From a virus (lineage: Duplodnaviria > Heunggongvirae > Uroviricota > Caudoviricetes), in the IMG/VR virus record IMGVR_UViG_2778261352_000001, positions 1-64,000 of that record: a stretch of DNA of 64,000 nt; one strand, given 5' to 3'. This document shows positions 52,266-62,926 of this stretch, piece by piece. The translations under genes and the position numbers were made by a program. A model generated the notes under the pieces. That model was not told the origin of the DNA. It ran no database searches and was given only the letters and a program-made list of their open reading frames with translations. Each line of letters starts with the position of its first letter. The stretch's first letter is position 1.

Positions 52266-53054
52266 ATGCTGGAAAAAGACTACCAGTTATCCGCATATAA
52301 AAAATTGGCCGCCGCCGGTGGGATGAAAACACCTGGTGCCATAACATCGGCACGAAACAGTGCTAACACGGCAAAACAGCTTGCAGAAGAATTGACCGGA
52401 TTAATTTTGGATACAATTGTCTATCCCGACACTATTACCAGCTATGTTTCAACGATCAGAACAACCATAACCGGCTTAACGAACATTGGAGAACTGGCAA
52501 CTAAGCACGCGGACCTGTTGGCTGGTTATGCAGATCTGTCAATGCTGCTTCAACTCGATATTGGTTGGGATGTTTACTGCCGTGCTAATGAGCGAGAAGT
52601 ATCAGAACTGCCGATCTCTATTGCCATTGGTGATGTGAATATTACTAAATCGCTTGAGGACGCTGTTAACGCGCTTAATACATCAAGTTTAGTCGCTGCT
52701 ATGGGGGAGATTAACCAGACCCTTAACACTGGCTCAGGAAGCTCGTCAGACTCTGGTTCAGGCGGCGGAACTGCCACTCCCCCACCAGCATTAACAGAAG
52801 AACAAATTGAATCTCTGAAAGTAGCAACTGAACAGTTTGGGGTTGTTTTCAACCACACAACAGCGCCCACAACTGCGTTACAACAGCAGTATGAACGAGC
52901 GAATGAAAGCGCCAACGTAGCCATAACTGCTTATAACCATGCTATCGGTACCGCGCTTGCTGAAGCATCAGCAAACAAGGCCAGCACAGCCAGCGCAGTC
53001 GCCGCTTTGGTTCCTGATTCTGTTCTTGATGAATTAAACAAAGCGGCACAGTAA
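52266..53054 (+). CDS. hypothetical protein
   Basis: ATG 52266 after AGGAG RBS; Ser/Gly-rich linker. Confidence 0.45.
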   Translation: MLEKDYQLSAYKKLAAAGGMKTPGAITSARNSANTAKQLAEELTGLILDTIVYPDTITSYVSTIRTTITGLTNIGELATKHADLLAGYADLSMLLQLDIGWDVYCRANEREVSELPISIAIGDVNITKSLEDAVNALNTSSLVAAMGEINQTLNTGSGSSSDSGSGGGTATPPPALTEEQIESLKVATEQFGVVFNHTTAPTTALQQQYERANESANVAITAYNHAIGTALAEASANKASTASAVAALVPDSVLDELNKAAQ

Positions 53055-53093
53055 CAAAGGACTTCATTGATAATTTTTCTTCAGGAGGAAGAC

Positions 53094-53516
53094 ATGTCAT
53101 TCTTTTCTACGTTAAAAACAGCTTTGTCTTTGAAGGAGAAACTTGCTGCTACTGGTGTTCTTGTTCTGATTTGCGCACTTGTTGGTGCTGGGTTTGCATG
53201 GGAACGTCATCAGCTAAAGCAAGCCATGGAGAAAATTGGCAGTCTTGATCAGGCTGTTAAGGAACGTGATAAGTCAATAATGGATCTTAACCAGACCATT
53301 GAGACGATGAACAAAGCAGATCAACATTTTCACAGCCAGGAAGTGAAAAATGAATCAGAGCAAGCCAAGTATGCTGACAGGCAAATGGAACGAAAAGCTG
53401 AAGTTCAGAAACAACTGGTTGCGGCGGGTAATGTTCGCCAGCGTATTCCTGCTGACACTCAGCGGTTGCTCCGGGAGTCGATCAGCGAATTTAACGCCGA
53501 CGCCGACAAAGGTTAA
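53094..53516 (+). CDS. i-spanin-like protein (Rz-like: N-terminal TM, coiled-coil)
   Basis: ATG 53094 with AGGAGG RBS; TM segment then coiled coil. Confidence 0.45.
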   Translation: MSFFSTLKTALSLKEKLAATGVLVLICALVGAGFAWERHQLKQAMEKIGSLDQAVKERDKSIMDLNQTIETMNKADQHFHSQEVKNESEQAKYADRQMERKAEVQKQLVAAGNVRQRIPADTQRLLRESISEFNADADKG

Positions 53517-53682
53517 TCACCCTGCCCCAAAAAGTGCATTTATGTGCAGGATGCCAGAGTTTAGCAGTGAATATTTTGATGATCTGCCAGCGTATATCCT
53601 CGATACAGAAACGATGCTGAGGGGGATTAACAGGAAGAATCGCAACGTCAATGATTACAACCGTGCTATCAGCGGTAACTAA
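53431..53682 (+). CDS. o-spanin-like Pro-rich lipoprotein overlapping 3' end of previous gene in another frame
   Basis: MFASVFLLTLSGCSG lipobox, LTPTPTKVNHPAPK; Rz1-like overlapped architecture. Confidence 0.5.
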   Translation: MFASVFLLTLSGCSGSRSANLTPTPTKVNHPAPKSAFMCRMPEFSSEYFDDLPAYILDTETMLRGINRKNRNVNDYNRAISGN

Positions 53683-53693
53683 AAGGAAAAACT

Positions 53694-54053
53694 ATGTCCG
53701 ATATGGAAATTGAAAAAGAGATTCTGGCCAAAGGCAAAACAGCACCACGCCTGACTCCTGATCACATCGAGAGTGTGATTGCCGAAGAGCATTATTTCAC
53801 AGCTTTTGACGGCATTCGCGCTGCGCATGAAGGCGTTCGTGAGGTGCTGTCTGTTCATCCCTCTACGCGTAGCCTGACCATCTGTGTCTTGGTGCTGTAC
53901 AATGGATTCATTGTTACGGGGGAAAGCGCCTGTGCCAGCCCTGAAAATTTCGACGCGGAGATTGGCCGTAAGATAGCCCGTAAGAACGCCATTGAGAAAA
54001 TCTGGCCGCTGGAAGGTTATCTGCTGAAGCAAAAGCTCAGCGAGCAGATTTAA
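53694..54053 (+). CDS. hypothetical protein
   Basis: 119 aa, ATG with AAGGAAAA RBS. Confidence 0.45.
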   Translation: MSDMEIEKEILAKGKTAPRLTPDHIESVIAEEHYFTAFDGIRAAHEGVREVLSVHPSTRSLTICVLVLYNGFIVTGESACASPENFDAEIGRKIARKNAIEKIWPLEGYLLKQKLSEQI

Positions 54054-54123
54054 TCAACTATAGAAATCGTAATATCAACACTCATGACTTTACTTTGGCA
54101 GGAAGCCACTAAGGACAAACAAC

Positions 54124-54525
54124 ATGTTTGCGGTTAAACAAGAAATAAACAACGCTACTTCTCTGTTCGAAATTGAGAGTATTACCGTTGGATATCCTGG
54201 TTCAGATCAATTTAAACAGGCGTTCGAGATTGCTGAAGAACTGGGGATCAAAACGCCTGATGCGATTGAATATATCCCTGTTGCGTACGAAGATGAGGAG
54301 ATGACAAAGGCAATCGGGGAAGAGCAAACTTTGAGTACAGAGCGTAAGGATGTACAGCGGGATGACTGTATCGCCGTGATTTGCTCTGAGGTTGCTTCTG
54401 AAATGTTCCCTGACCTCCCTGCCATGGGAGGTGTTGGTTATCAATTCCTCTACAAAGGTGATACGTTACGTATCTATACAAGTAGTTTGTTGATCGAAGA
54501 AGTAGGTACGGAAAACGACAACTAA
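54124..54525 (+). CDS. hypothetical acidic protein upstream of oriR
   Basis: 133 aa, ATG start. Confidence 0.45.
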   Translation: MFAVKQEINNATSLFEIESITVGYPGSDQFKQAFEIAEELGIKTPDAIEYIPVAYEDEEMTKAIGEEQTLSTERKDVQRDDCIAVICSEVASEMFPDLPAMGGVGYQFLYKGDTLRIYTSSLLIEEVGTENDN

Positions 54526-54574
54526 TTCGCTTCAACCCTTCACAGAAATCGGTCCTCAGTGGCCGGTTTTTCAC

Positions 54575-54592
54575 TTATCCACATTATCCACT
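54575..54592 (+). promoter_or_regulatory. tandem DnaA boxes at plasmid origin, followed by a GATC cluster
   Basis: TTATCCACA and TTATCCACT; five GATC at 54598-54655. Confidence 0.55.
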
Positions 54593-54691
54593 GGATAGAT
54601 CCAATAATTAGGTCCATACAGATCCCAATTAGATCCATATAGATCCCTGATCGTTGCAGGCCGCGCCACGTCTGGCTTAGAAGTATATCGC

Positions 54692-54795
54692 GATGTGTGC
54701 TGGAGGGAAAACGATGTGTGCTGGCGGGATAAAAATGTGTGCTGACGGGTTGCTAATGTGTGCTGGCGGGATATAGGATGTGTGCTGACGGGAAA
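54692..54795 (+). repeat. five 19-bp RepA iterons (oriR/incC)
   Basis: GATGTGTGCTGGAGGGAAA and four variants at about 21-bp spacing. Confidence 0.85.
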
Positions 54796-54851
54796 GCCTG
54801 GGTAGTTATCATCACTTATAAAAACTATCCACATAATTCGGAAAAAGTATT

Positions 54852-55712
54852 ATGAATCAATCTTTTATCTCCGATATTCTTTACGCAGACATTGAAAGTA
54901 AGGCAAAAGAACTAACAGTTAATTCAAACAACACTGTGCAGCCTGTAGCGTTGATGCGCTTGGGGGTATTCGTGCCGAAGCCATCAAAGAGCAAAGGAGA
55001 AAGTAAAGAGATTGATGCCACCAAAGCGTTTTCCCAGCTGGAGATAGCTAAAGCAGAAGGTTACGATGACATTAAAATCACCGGTCCTCGACTCGATATG
55101 GATACTGATTTCAAAACGTGGATCGGTGTTATCTACGCGTTCAGCAAATACGGCTTGTCCTCAAACACCATCCAGTTATCGTTTCAGGAATTCGCTAAAG
55201 CCTGTGGTTTCCCCTCAAAACGTTTGGATGCGAAACTGCGTTTAACCATTCATGAATCACTTGGCCGCTTGCGTAACAAGGGTATCGCTTTTAAGCGTGG
55301 TAAAGATGCTAAAGGTGGCTACCAGACTGGTCTGTTGAAGGTCGGACGTTTCGATGCTGACCTCGATCTGATCGAGCTGGAAGCCGACTCGAAGCTGTGG
55401 GAGCTGTTCCAGCTTGATTATCGCGTCCTGTTGCAGCACCACGCCTTGCGTGCCCTTCCGAAGAAAGAAGCTGCACAAGCCATTTACACTTTTATCGAAA
55501 GCCTTCCGCAGAATCCGTTGCCGCTATCGTTCGCGCGAATCCGTGAGCGCCTGGCTTTGCAGTCAGCTGTTGGCGAGCAAAACCGTATCATTAAGAAAGC
55601 GATAGAACAGCTTAAAACAATCGGCTATCTCGACTGTTCAATTGAGAAGAAAGGCCGGGAAAGTTTTGTAATCGTCCATTCTCGCAATCCAAAGCTGAAA
55701 CTCCCCGAATAA
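54852..55712 (+). CDS. repA: plasmid replication initiator RepA
   Basis: 286 aa, flanked by iteron arrays. Confidence 0.95.
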   Translation: MNQSFISDILYADIESKAKELTVNSNNTVQPVALMRLGVFVPKPSKSKGESKEIDATKAFSQLEIAKAEGYDDIKITGPRLDMDTDFKTWIGVIYAFSKYGLSSNTIQLSFQEFAKACGFPSKRLDAKLRLTIHESLGRLRNKGIAFKRGKDAKGGYQTGLLKVGRFDADLDLIELEADSKLWELFQLDYRVLLQHHALRALPKKEAAQAIYTFIESLPQNPLPLSFARIRERLALQSAVGEQNRIIKKAIEQLKTIGYLDCSIEKKGRESFVIVHSRNPKLKLPE

Positions 55713-55997
55713 GTGTGTGCTGGAGGGCAGCTGCATTCAAAAAATGTGTGCTGCCGGGAAGGCTTGTCCAATTTCCCGTTTTTGATGTGCGCTGGAGGGG
55801 GACGCCCCGCAGTTTGCTCAGACTTTCCCTCCAGCACACATCTGTACATCCGTTTTTCCCTCCAGTGCACATGTAATTCTCTGTCTTTCCCTCCAGCACA
55901 CATATTTGATACCAGTGATCCCTCCACAGCACATAATTCAATGCGACTTCCCTCTATCGCACATCTTAAACTTTTATTCTCCCTCCAGCACACATCG
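55712..55997. repeat. nine RepA iterons in both orientations (incA copy-control locus)
   Basis: three forward TGTGTGCTGGAGGG-type then six inverted CCCTCCAGCACACAT-type repeats. Confidence 0.8.
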
Positions 55998-56269
55998 AAG
56001 CTGCCGGGCAAGCCGTTCTCACCAGTTGATAGAGAGTGAAGCCTGGCTGCCCGTTGAAGCAGGAAATCACCAAAATGATTCAGGCTACAACCTGAACGTA
56101 GAAGAAATCCGCGTCCTTTATGCGTGGAGGATGCCAAAGCATGTTGTGAGACACCTTGCAAAGGAGTAAGCATGCAGAGAATGCTATGTACAAGCATCTA
56201 CGCATACATTATTATTTTATGCAGCATTTCTAATTAAATTCAAAAATACAGCATAAAGGATGACTTTCG

Positions 56270-57466
56270 ATGAGTGATTCCAGCCAGCTTCACAAGGTTG
56301 CTCAAAGAGCAAACAGAATGCTCAATGTTCTGACTGAACAAGTACAGTTGCAAAAGGATGAGCTACACGCGAACGAGTTTTACCAGGTCTATGCGAAAGC
56401 GGCACTGGCAAAATTGCCTCTACTGACTCGAGCGAACGTTGACTATGCCGTGAGTGAAATGGAAGAAAAGGGTTATGTTTTCGATAAACGCCCTGCTGGC
56501 TCTTCAATGAAATATGCGATGTCAATTCAGAACATCATTGACATATATGAACATCGCGGAGTGCCAAAATACCGGGATCGCTACAGCGAAGCGTATGTGA
56601 TTTTCATCTCCAATCTTAAAGGCGGTGTGTCAAAAACTGTATCGACGGTTTCTCTGGCGCATGCAATGCGTGCTCACCCTCATCTTCTGATGGAAGATTT
56701 AAGGATTCTGGTTATTGACCTTGATCCGCAATCTTCAGCAACGATGTTTTTAAGCCATAAACACTCTATTGGTATCGTAAACGCAACATCTGCACAGGCT
56801 ATGTTGCAGAATGTAAGCCGTGAAGAGCTGTTAGAGGAGTTTATTGTTCCTTCTGTTGTACCTGGGGTTGACGTTATGCCTGCGTCGATTGACGATGCCT
56901 TTATTGCATCCGATTGGAGAGAGCTGTGCAATGAGCATCTACCGGGTCAGAACATCCATGCCGTCCTGAAAGAAAATGTGATTGATAAGCTGAAGAGCGA
57001 TTATGACTTTATCCTCGTTGATAGTGGTCCTCACCTTGACGCCTTCCTGAAAAATGCTTTGGCCTCGGCCAATATACTGTTTACACCTCTGCCGCCTGCA
57101 ACGGTTGATTTCCACTCATCGCTTAAATACGTTGCCCGCCTTCCTGAGTTGGTGAAACTCATTTCGGATGAAGGCTGCGAGTGCCAGCTTGCGACTAACA
57201 TTGGTTTTATGTCCAAGTTGAGTAACAAGGCAGACCATAAGTATTGCCATAGCCTGGCTAAAGAAGTGTTCGGTGGGGATATGCTTGATGTCGTCCTCCC
57301 TCGCCTTGACGGTTTTGAACGCTGCGGCGAGTCTTTTGACACTGTTATTTCAGCTAACCCGGCAACGTATGTTGGTAGTGCTGATGCATTGAAGAACGCG
57401 CGAATTGCCGCGGAAGATTTTGCTAAAGCAGTTTTTGACCGTATTGAATTTATCAGATCTAATTGA
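56270..57466 (+). CDS. parA: partition ATPase ParA
   Basis: 398 aa, deviant Walker A KGGVSKT. Confidence 0.95.
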   Translation: MSDSSQLHKVAQRANRMLNVLTEQVQLQKDELHANEFYQVYAKAALAKLPLLTRANVDYAVSEMEEKGYVFDKRPAGSSMKYAMSIQNIIDIYEHRGVPKYRDRYSEAYVIFISNLKGGVSKTVSTVSLAHAMRAHPHLLMEDLRILVIDLDPQSSATMFLSHKHSIGIVNATSAQAMLQNVSREELLEEFIVPSVVPGVDVMPASIDDAFIASDWRELCNEHLPGQNIHAVLKENVIDKLKSDYDFILVDSGPHLDAFLKNALASANILFTPLPPATVDFHSSLKYVARLPELVKLISDEGCECQLATNIGFMSKLSNKADHKYCHSLAKEVFGGDMLDVVLPRLDGFERCGESFDTVISANPATYVGSADALKNARIAAEDFAKAVFDRIEFIRSN

Positions 57467-57482
57467 GGAGTAAGAAACCCCC

Positions 57483-58484
57483 ATGTCAAAGAAAAACAGA
57501 CCAACAATTGGGCGAACCCTTAATCCTTCAATATTAAGCGGATTTGATAGTTCTTCAGCCTCTGGCGATCGAGTCGAGCAGGTATTCAAGTTATCTACTG
57601 GTCGCCAGGCCACATTTATCGAGGAGGTAATTCCTCCGAACCAGGTAGAAAGCGATACCTTTGTTGATCAGCATAACAACGGGCGTGACCAGGCATCTCT
57701 TACGCCAAAATCATTAAAAAGTATCCGAAGCACTATTAAGCATCAGCAATTTTACCCTGCAATAGGTGTTAGACGGGCTACAGGGAAAATTGAAATTTTG
57801 GATGGTTCCCGGCGTCGAGCTTCTGCCATCTTAGAGAACGTAGGGTTGCGGGTTTTAGTCACGGACCAGGAGATCAGCGTTCAGGAAGCGCAAAATTTAG
57901 CGAAAGACGTTCAGACAGCATTGCAGCACAGCATTCGAGAAATAGGTCTGCGTTTGATGCGAATGAAAAATGATGGGATGAGTCAGAAGGATATTGCAGC
58001 CAAGGAAGGGCTATCTCAGGCGAAGGTCACACGTGCTCTCCAGGCAGCGAGTGCTCCGGAAGAATTAGTCGCCCTTTTCCCTGTGCAGTCGGAATTAACC
58101 TTTTCGGACTACAAAACGCTTTGTGCTGTTGGCGACGAAATGGGGAACAAGAATTTAGAGTTTGATCAGCTTATTCAAAACATATCCCCGGAAATAAACG
58201 ACATCTTATCCATTGAAGAAATGGCCGAAGATGAAGTTAAAAATAAAATCCTGCGCTTGATAACAAAGGAAGCCTCACTACTCACGGATAAAGGTTCTAA
58301 AGATAAGTCCGTAGTTACTGAATTATGGAAATTTGAGGACAAGGATCGCTTTGCAAGGAAGCGCGTGAAAGGCCGTGCATTTTCTTATGAGTTTAATCGA
58401 CTCTCAAAAGAGTTACAGGAAGAACTCGACAGGATGATTGGGCATATCCTTAGAAAGAGCCTCGATAAAAAGCCGAAGCCTTAA
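57483..58484 (+). CDS. parB: partition protein ParB
   Basis: 333 aa downstream of parA, followed by parS. Confidence 0.95.
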   Translation: MSKKNRPTIGRTLNPSILSGFDSSSASGDRVEQVFKLSTGRQATFIEEVIPPNQVESDTFVDQHNNGRDQASLTPKSLKSIRSTIKHQQFYPAIGVRRATGKIEILDGSRRRASAILENVGLRVLVTDQEISVQEAQNLAKDVQTALQHSIREIGLRLMRMKNDGMSQKDIAAKEGLSQAKVTRALQAASAPEELVALFPVQSELTFSDYKTLCAVGDEMGNKNLEFDQLIQNISPEINDILSIEEMAEDEVKNKILRLITKEASLLTDKGSKDKSVVTELWKFEDKDRFARKRVKGRAFSYEFNRLSKELQEELDRMIGHILRKSLDKKPKP

Positions 58485-58488
58485 ACTT

Positions 58489-58571
58489 TCGCCATTCAAA
58501 TTTCACCATTAAATTACTGTTTTTAAAGTAAATACTTCTAAAATTTCAAGGTGAAATCGCCACGATTTCAC
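58489..58571. other. parS: parS centromere (ATTTCAC boxes A and TCGCCA boxes B around an AT-rich bend site)
   Basis: TCGCCATTCAAATTTCAC ... GTGAAATCGCCACGATTTCAC. Confidence 0.7.
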
Positions 58572-58638
58572 CTTGGATTTTACCTTCCTCCCCTCCTCCC
58601 GAAAAAAATAAAAAAATTGCTTGTCACGAGAAAGTCAA

Positions 58639-58658
58639 CAAGTGACTTTCAATAAAAT
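58639..58658 (+). promoter_or_regulatory. putative late promoter for head gene (CAAGTGACT-N5-TAAAAT)
   Basis: exact 9-mer, 5-nt spacer, -10-like hexamer upstream of 58689. Confidence 0.5.
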
Positions 58659-58688
58659 CTCTTCCGAAAAGGGATTCACACAAGTGCC

Positions 58689-60416
58689 TTGTGTTTAAGG
58701 AAGAGTAAATTGAGTAACTTACGCGAATACCAGAATCGTATTGCAGATATCGCAAAACGCTCTAAAGCTGTGCTTGGCTGGGCAAGCACTGCGCAGTTCG
58801 GTACTGATAACCAATTCATTAAAGATGATGCCGCGCGTGCCGCATCTATCCTTGAAGCTGCACGTAAAGACCCGGTTTTTGCGGGTATCTCTGATAATGC
58901 CACCGCTCAAATCGCTACAGCGTGGGCAAGTGCACTGGCTGACTACGCCGCAGCACATAAATCTATGCCGCGTCCGGAAATTCTGGCCTCCTGCCACCAG
59001 ACGCTGGAAAACTGCCTGATTGAGTCCACCCGCAATAGCATGGATGCCACTAATAAAGCGATGCTGGAATCCGTCGCAGCAGAGATGATGAGCGTTTCTG
59101 ACGGTGTTATGCGTCTGCCTTTATTCCTCGCGATGATCCTGCCTGTTCAGTTGGGGGCAGCTACCGCTGATGCGTGTACCTTCATTCCGGTTACGCGTGA
59201 CCAGTCCGACATCTATGAAGTCTTTAACGTGGCAGGTTCCTCTTTTGGTTCTTATGCTGCTGGTGATGTTCTGGACATGCAATCCGTCGGTGTGTACAGC
59301 CAGTTACGTCGCCGCTATGTGCTGGTGGCAAGCTCCGATGGCACCAGCAAAACCGCAACCTTCAAGATGGAAGACTTCGAAGGCCAGAATGTACCAATCC
59401 GAAAAGGTCGCACTAACATCTACGTTAACCGTATTAAGTCTGTTGTTGATAACGGTTCCGGCAGCCTACTTCACTCGTTTACTAATGCTGCTGGTGAGCA
59501 AATCACTGTTACCTGCTCTCTGAACTACAACATTGGTCAGATTGCCCTGTCGTTCTCCAAAGCGCCGGATAAAGGCACTGAGATCGCAATTGAGACGGAA
59601 ATCAATATTGAAGCCGCTCCTGAGCTGATCCCGCTGATCAACCACGAAATGAAGAAATACACCCTGTTCCCAAGTCAGTTCGTTATCGCGGCTGAGCACA
59701 CGGTACAGGCGGCGTATGAAGCACAGCGTGAATTTGGTCTGGACCTGGGTTCCCTACAGTTCCGCACCCTGAAGGAATACCTGTCTCATGAACAGGATAT
59801 GCTGCGTCTTCGCATCATGATCTGGCGCACTCTTGCGACCGACACCTTTGACATCGCTCTGCCGGTTAACCAGTCCTTTGATGTATGGGCAACCATCATT
59901 CGTGGCAAATTCCAGACTGTATATCGCGACATTATTGAGCGCGTTAAATCTTCTGGTGCGATGGGGATGTTTGCTGGTGCTGATGCAGCATCTTTCTTCA
60001 AACAGTTGCCGAAGGATTTCTTCCAGCCAGCCGAAGACTATATCCAGACTCCGTATGTTCACTACATCGGTACCCTGTTCGGTAACGTGAAAGTGTACGA
60101 AGTACCTGCTGGTATTTGTAAGAACTTAACGACAGAGAACATTCAGTTCAGCTCGATGGATGTGCTGTGCTACGTCCGTGATGAAAATCCGGGTAAAGCA
60201 GGCTTCGTGACTGGTGATGCTGTCCCGGCGATCCCGTTCCAGCATCCGACCACTCCGGCGCTGGTCAACCGTACCACACTGTGGGGTTCGGCTATCAACG
60301 ATATGCACCCACGCAACGGCGCTGATTACTTCACTCGTGTAACGCTGACAATGGCCAAAAAAGGCGGGCTTAACTTCATAAGCGGCGACACGATTGATGC
60401 CGGTGACTCTGAGTAA
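58689..60416 (+). CDS. major head protein (gene 23-like)
   Basis: 575-aa ORF after parS, late promoter upstream; start uncertain (TTG 58689 or TTG 58710). Confidence 0.55.
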   Translation: MCLRKSKLSNLREYQNRIADIAKRSKAVLGWASTAQFGTDNQFIKDDAARAASILEAARKDPVFAGISDNATAQIATAWASALADYAAAHKSMPRPEILASCHQTLENCLIESTRNSMDATNKAMLESVAAEMMSVSDGVMRLPLFLAMILPVQLGAATADACTFIPVTRDQSDIYEVFNVAGSSFGSYAAGDVLDMQSVGVYSQLRRRYVLVASSDGTSKTATFKMEDFEGQNVPIRKGRTNIYVNRIKSVVDNGSGSLLHSFTNAAGEQITVTCSLNYNIGQIALSFSKAPDKGTEIAIETEINIEAAPELIPLINHEMKKYTLFPSQFVIAAEHTVQAAYEAQREFGLDLGSLQFRTLKEYLSHEQDMLRLRIMIWRTLATDTFDIALPVNQSFDVWATIIRGKFQTVYRDIIERVKSSGAMGMFAGADAASFFKQLPKDFFQPAEDYIQTPYVHYIGTLFGNVKVYEVPAGICKNLTTENIQFSSMDVLCYVRDENPGKAGFVTGDAVPAIPFQHPTTPALVNRTTLWGSAINDMHPRNGADYFTRVTLTMAKKGGLNFISGDTIDAGDSE

Positions 60417-60476
60417 TCAGGGGAAGTTCTCCGTTTAACATAGCGCCCCCGTGCGGGGCGCATAACAGGGAAAGTT

Positions 60477-62066
60477 ATGTCTCAATATTCAATTCAACAG
60501 TCATTAGGTAATGCATCCGGCGTCGCGGTTAGCCCGATCAATGCCGATGCGACGTTATCTACCGGTGTTGCATTAAATAGCAGCTTGTGGGCTGGTATTG
60601 GCGTATTTGCGCGTGGCAAGCCGTTTACTGTTCTCGCTGTTACTGAGTCCAATTACGAAGATGTTCTCGGCGAACCGCTGAAACCGTCTTCCGGCTCACA
60701 GTTCGAACCAATTCGTCATGTGTACGAAGCTATTCAGCAAACGTCTGGTTATGTTGTTCGTGCTGTTCCGGATGATGCGAAATTCCCGATTATTATGTTC
60801 GATGAATCAGGCGAACCAGCTTACAGTGCGTTGCCATACGGTTCTGAAATTGAACTTGATAGCGGCGAAGCCTTTGCTATCTACGTTGATGATGGTGATC
60901 CGTGTATTTCACCTACCCGTGAGTTAACCATCGAAACGGCAACAGCGGACAGTGCGGGCAATGAACGCTTCCTCTTAAAACTGACCCAGACGACTTCGCT
61001 CGGTGTGGTAACGACCTTGGAGACACACACTGTGTCTTTGGCGGAAGAAGCGAAAGATGACATGGGCCGCTTGTGTTATCTGCCTACGGCTCTGGAAGCC
61101 CGTTCTAAATATCTGCGCGCGGTTGTTAATGAAGAGCTGATTTCGACAGCGAAAGTAACAAACAAAAAATCGTTGGCGTTCACCGGTGGTACCAACGGTG
61201 ATCAATCGAAAATCTCAACTGCTGCGTACCTGCGTGCGGTGAAAGTGCTGAACAATGCCCCGTACATGTACACCGCTGTTCTTGGCCTGGGCTGCTATGA
61301 CAATGCGGCGATCACTGCGTTAGGTAATATCTGTTCTGATCGCCTGATTGATGGCTTCTTTGATGTTAAACCGACATTGACGTACACGGAAGCGCTGTCT
61401 GCTGTTGAAGATACCGGTTTACTTGGTACCGATTATGTAAGCTGTTCTGTCTATCACTACCCGTTCTCCTGCAAAGACAAATGGACCCAATCCCGTGTGG
61501 TCTTTGGTCTGTCTGGCGTGGCGTACGCGGCGAAAGCTCGTGGCGTCAAGAAAAACTCTGATGTCGGCGGTTGGCATTACTCACCGGCTGGTGAAGAACG
61601 TGCCGTCATTGCTCGTGCGTCAATTCAACCGCTGTATCCGGAAGATACCCCGGACGAAGAAGCAATGGTCAAGGGCCGTCTCAATAAAGTATCTGTTGGC
61701 ACCTCTGGCCAGATGATCATCGACGATGCTTTAACTTGCTGCACGCAGGATAACTATCTGCACTTCCAGCACGTCCCATCCCTGATGAATGCAATCAGCC
61801 GTTTTTTTGTCCAGTTAGCCCGCCAGATGAAGCATAGCCCGGACGGTATTACTGCGGCTGGCCTGACTAAAGGGATGACCAAACTTTTAGATCGCTTTGT
61901 CGCCTCCGGCGCTCTGGTGGCTCCTCGTGATCCTGATGCTGACGGTACAGAACCGTATGTGCTGAAAGTTACGCAGGCGGAATTCGATAAATGGGAAGTA
62001 GTCTGGGCCTGCTGCCCGACTGGCGTAGCCCGTCGTATCCAGGGCGTACCGCTGCTTATTAAGTAA
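60477..62066 (+). CDS. tail sheath protein (gene 22-like)
   Basis: 529 aa, position next to head gene as in P1. Confidence 0.55.
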   Translation: MSQYSIQQSLGNASGVAVSPINADATLSTGVALNSSLWAGIGVFARGKPFTVLAVTESNYEDVLGEPLKPSSGSQFEPIRHVYEAIQQTSGYVVRAVPDDAKFPIIMFDESGEPAYSALPYGSEIELDSGEAFAIYVDDGDPCISPTRELTIETATADSAGNERFLLKLTQTTSLGVVTTLETHTVSLAEEAKDDMGRLCYLPTALEARSKYLRAVVNEELISTAKVTNKKSLAFTGGTNGDQSKISTAAYLRAVKVLNNAPYMYTAVLGLGCYDNAAITALGNICSDRLIDGFFDVKPTLTYTEALSAVEDTGLLGTDYVSCSVYHYPFSCKDKWTQSRVVFGLSGVAYAAKARGVKKNSDVGGWHYSPAGEERAVIARASIQPLYPEDTPDEEAMVKGRLNKVSVGTSGQMIIDDALTCCTQDNYLHFQHVPSLMNAISRFFVQLARQMKHSPDGITAAGLTKGMTKLLDRFVASGALVAPRDPDADGTEPYVLKVTQAEFDKWEVVWACCPTGVARRIQGVPLLIK

Positions 62067-62075
62067 GGGAATACA

Positions 62076-62891
62076 ATGAGCAAAAACTTTTTTCAATCCG
62101 GGGCATTTTTGGGGAATGGACTGTCCCGTTTCGCTTTGAACTCTGATCCTGTGCAGCTGATGGAGTCTGCCCGGGCAAGCGCCGAACCGCCAACAGATCC
62201 GGTTATTAATAATAATCCGGAACCGGCGGCACAGATTAACGAGAACGTTCCACCTGACCAGGCTCCTGGGCAAATCCTGGAAGGGAAAGAAGGTAAAGAA
62301 TGGACCGTTGAACAGGCGCACCAGATGATTCTGGAAGCTGCAAATCGAAGTGCTATGCAGAATGCGTTGAGTGATGCGGCCGACGCCGTTTTCGCCTGGG
62401 CTGATAGCGGTGATCTGACTTTCGACTCCCTTGATGGTTTCGTTCAGGCTATCGCTGGTATCTCTGATGACGACGACTCCGAAGTTACAGAAGAACAGGA
62501 CGATGCCTATAACGAAGCATGGGCAAATGTTGCTGACTTCCTCGCAGCATGCGGTGTAGATGATGACCTGATCGAAGCACTGGCTGACGATGAAGACGAC
62601 GACGCAGCTGCTGATGTTGGTGCCTCTATCGCTGGTTTAGATAGCGACGACCGTGACGAACTGGAAGCGGCGTTTGTTGTTGCTGGCACTTCTGATGAAA
62701 TGCTGACTGAAGCATTTAAGAAGGTTGTTCGTAACGGTGAGATCAAACTCATCCGTAAACGCCTGCGTAAAAAACGTCTGACTGCGGCTCAAAAATCGGC
62801 GCTGAAAAAAGCGCGTCGAAAAGCCCAGACCGGTGCGGCAAAACTTGCCCGCAAAAAGTCAATGAAACTGCGCCGTAAGCGCCTTGGCTAA
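62076..62891 (+). CDS. acidic virion protein with basic C-terminal tail (gene 21-like)
   Basis: 271 aa; Asp/Glu-rich centre, Lys/Arg-rich C-terminus. Confidence 0.45.
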   Translation: MSKNFFQSGAFLGNGLSRFALNSDPVQLMESARASAEPPTDPVINNNPEPAAQINENVPPDQAPGQILEGKEGKEWTVEQAHQMILEAANRSAMQNALSDAADAVFAWADSGDLTFDSLDGFVQAIAGISDDDDSEVTEEQDDAYNEAWANVADFLAACGVDDDLIEALADDEDDDAAADVGASIAGLDSDDRDELEAAFVVAGTSDEMLTEAFKKVVRNGEIKLIRKRLRKKRLTAAQKSALKKARRKAQTGAAKLARKKSMKLRRKRLG

Positions 62892-62926
62892 AGGAGGAGG
62901 CCGGAGAACTCCGGCCTTTAACTTGA

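Noticed and set aside
54692-55997. Short direct/inverted repeats flanking repA, possible CRISPR or transposon ends
   Set aside because: They are 19-bp RepA iterons (incC/incA) with DnaA boxes and a GATC cluster, typical of a P1-type plasmid origin
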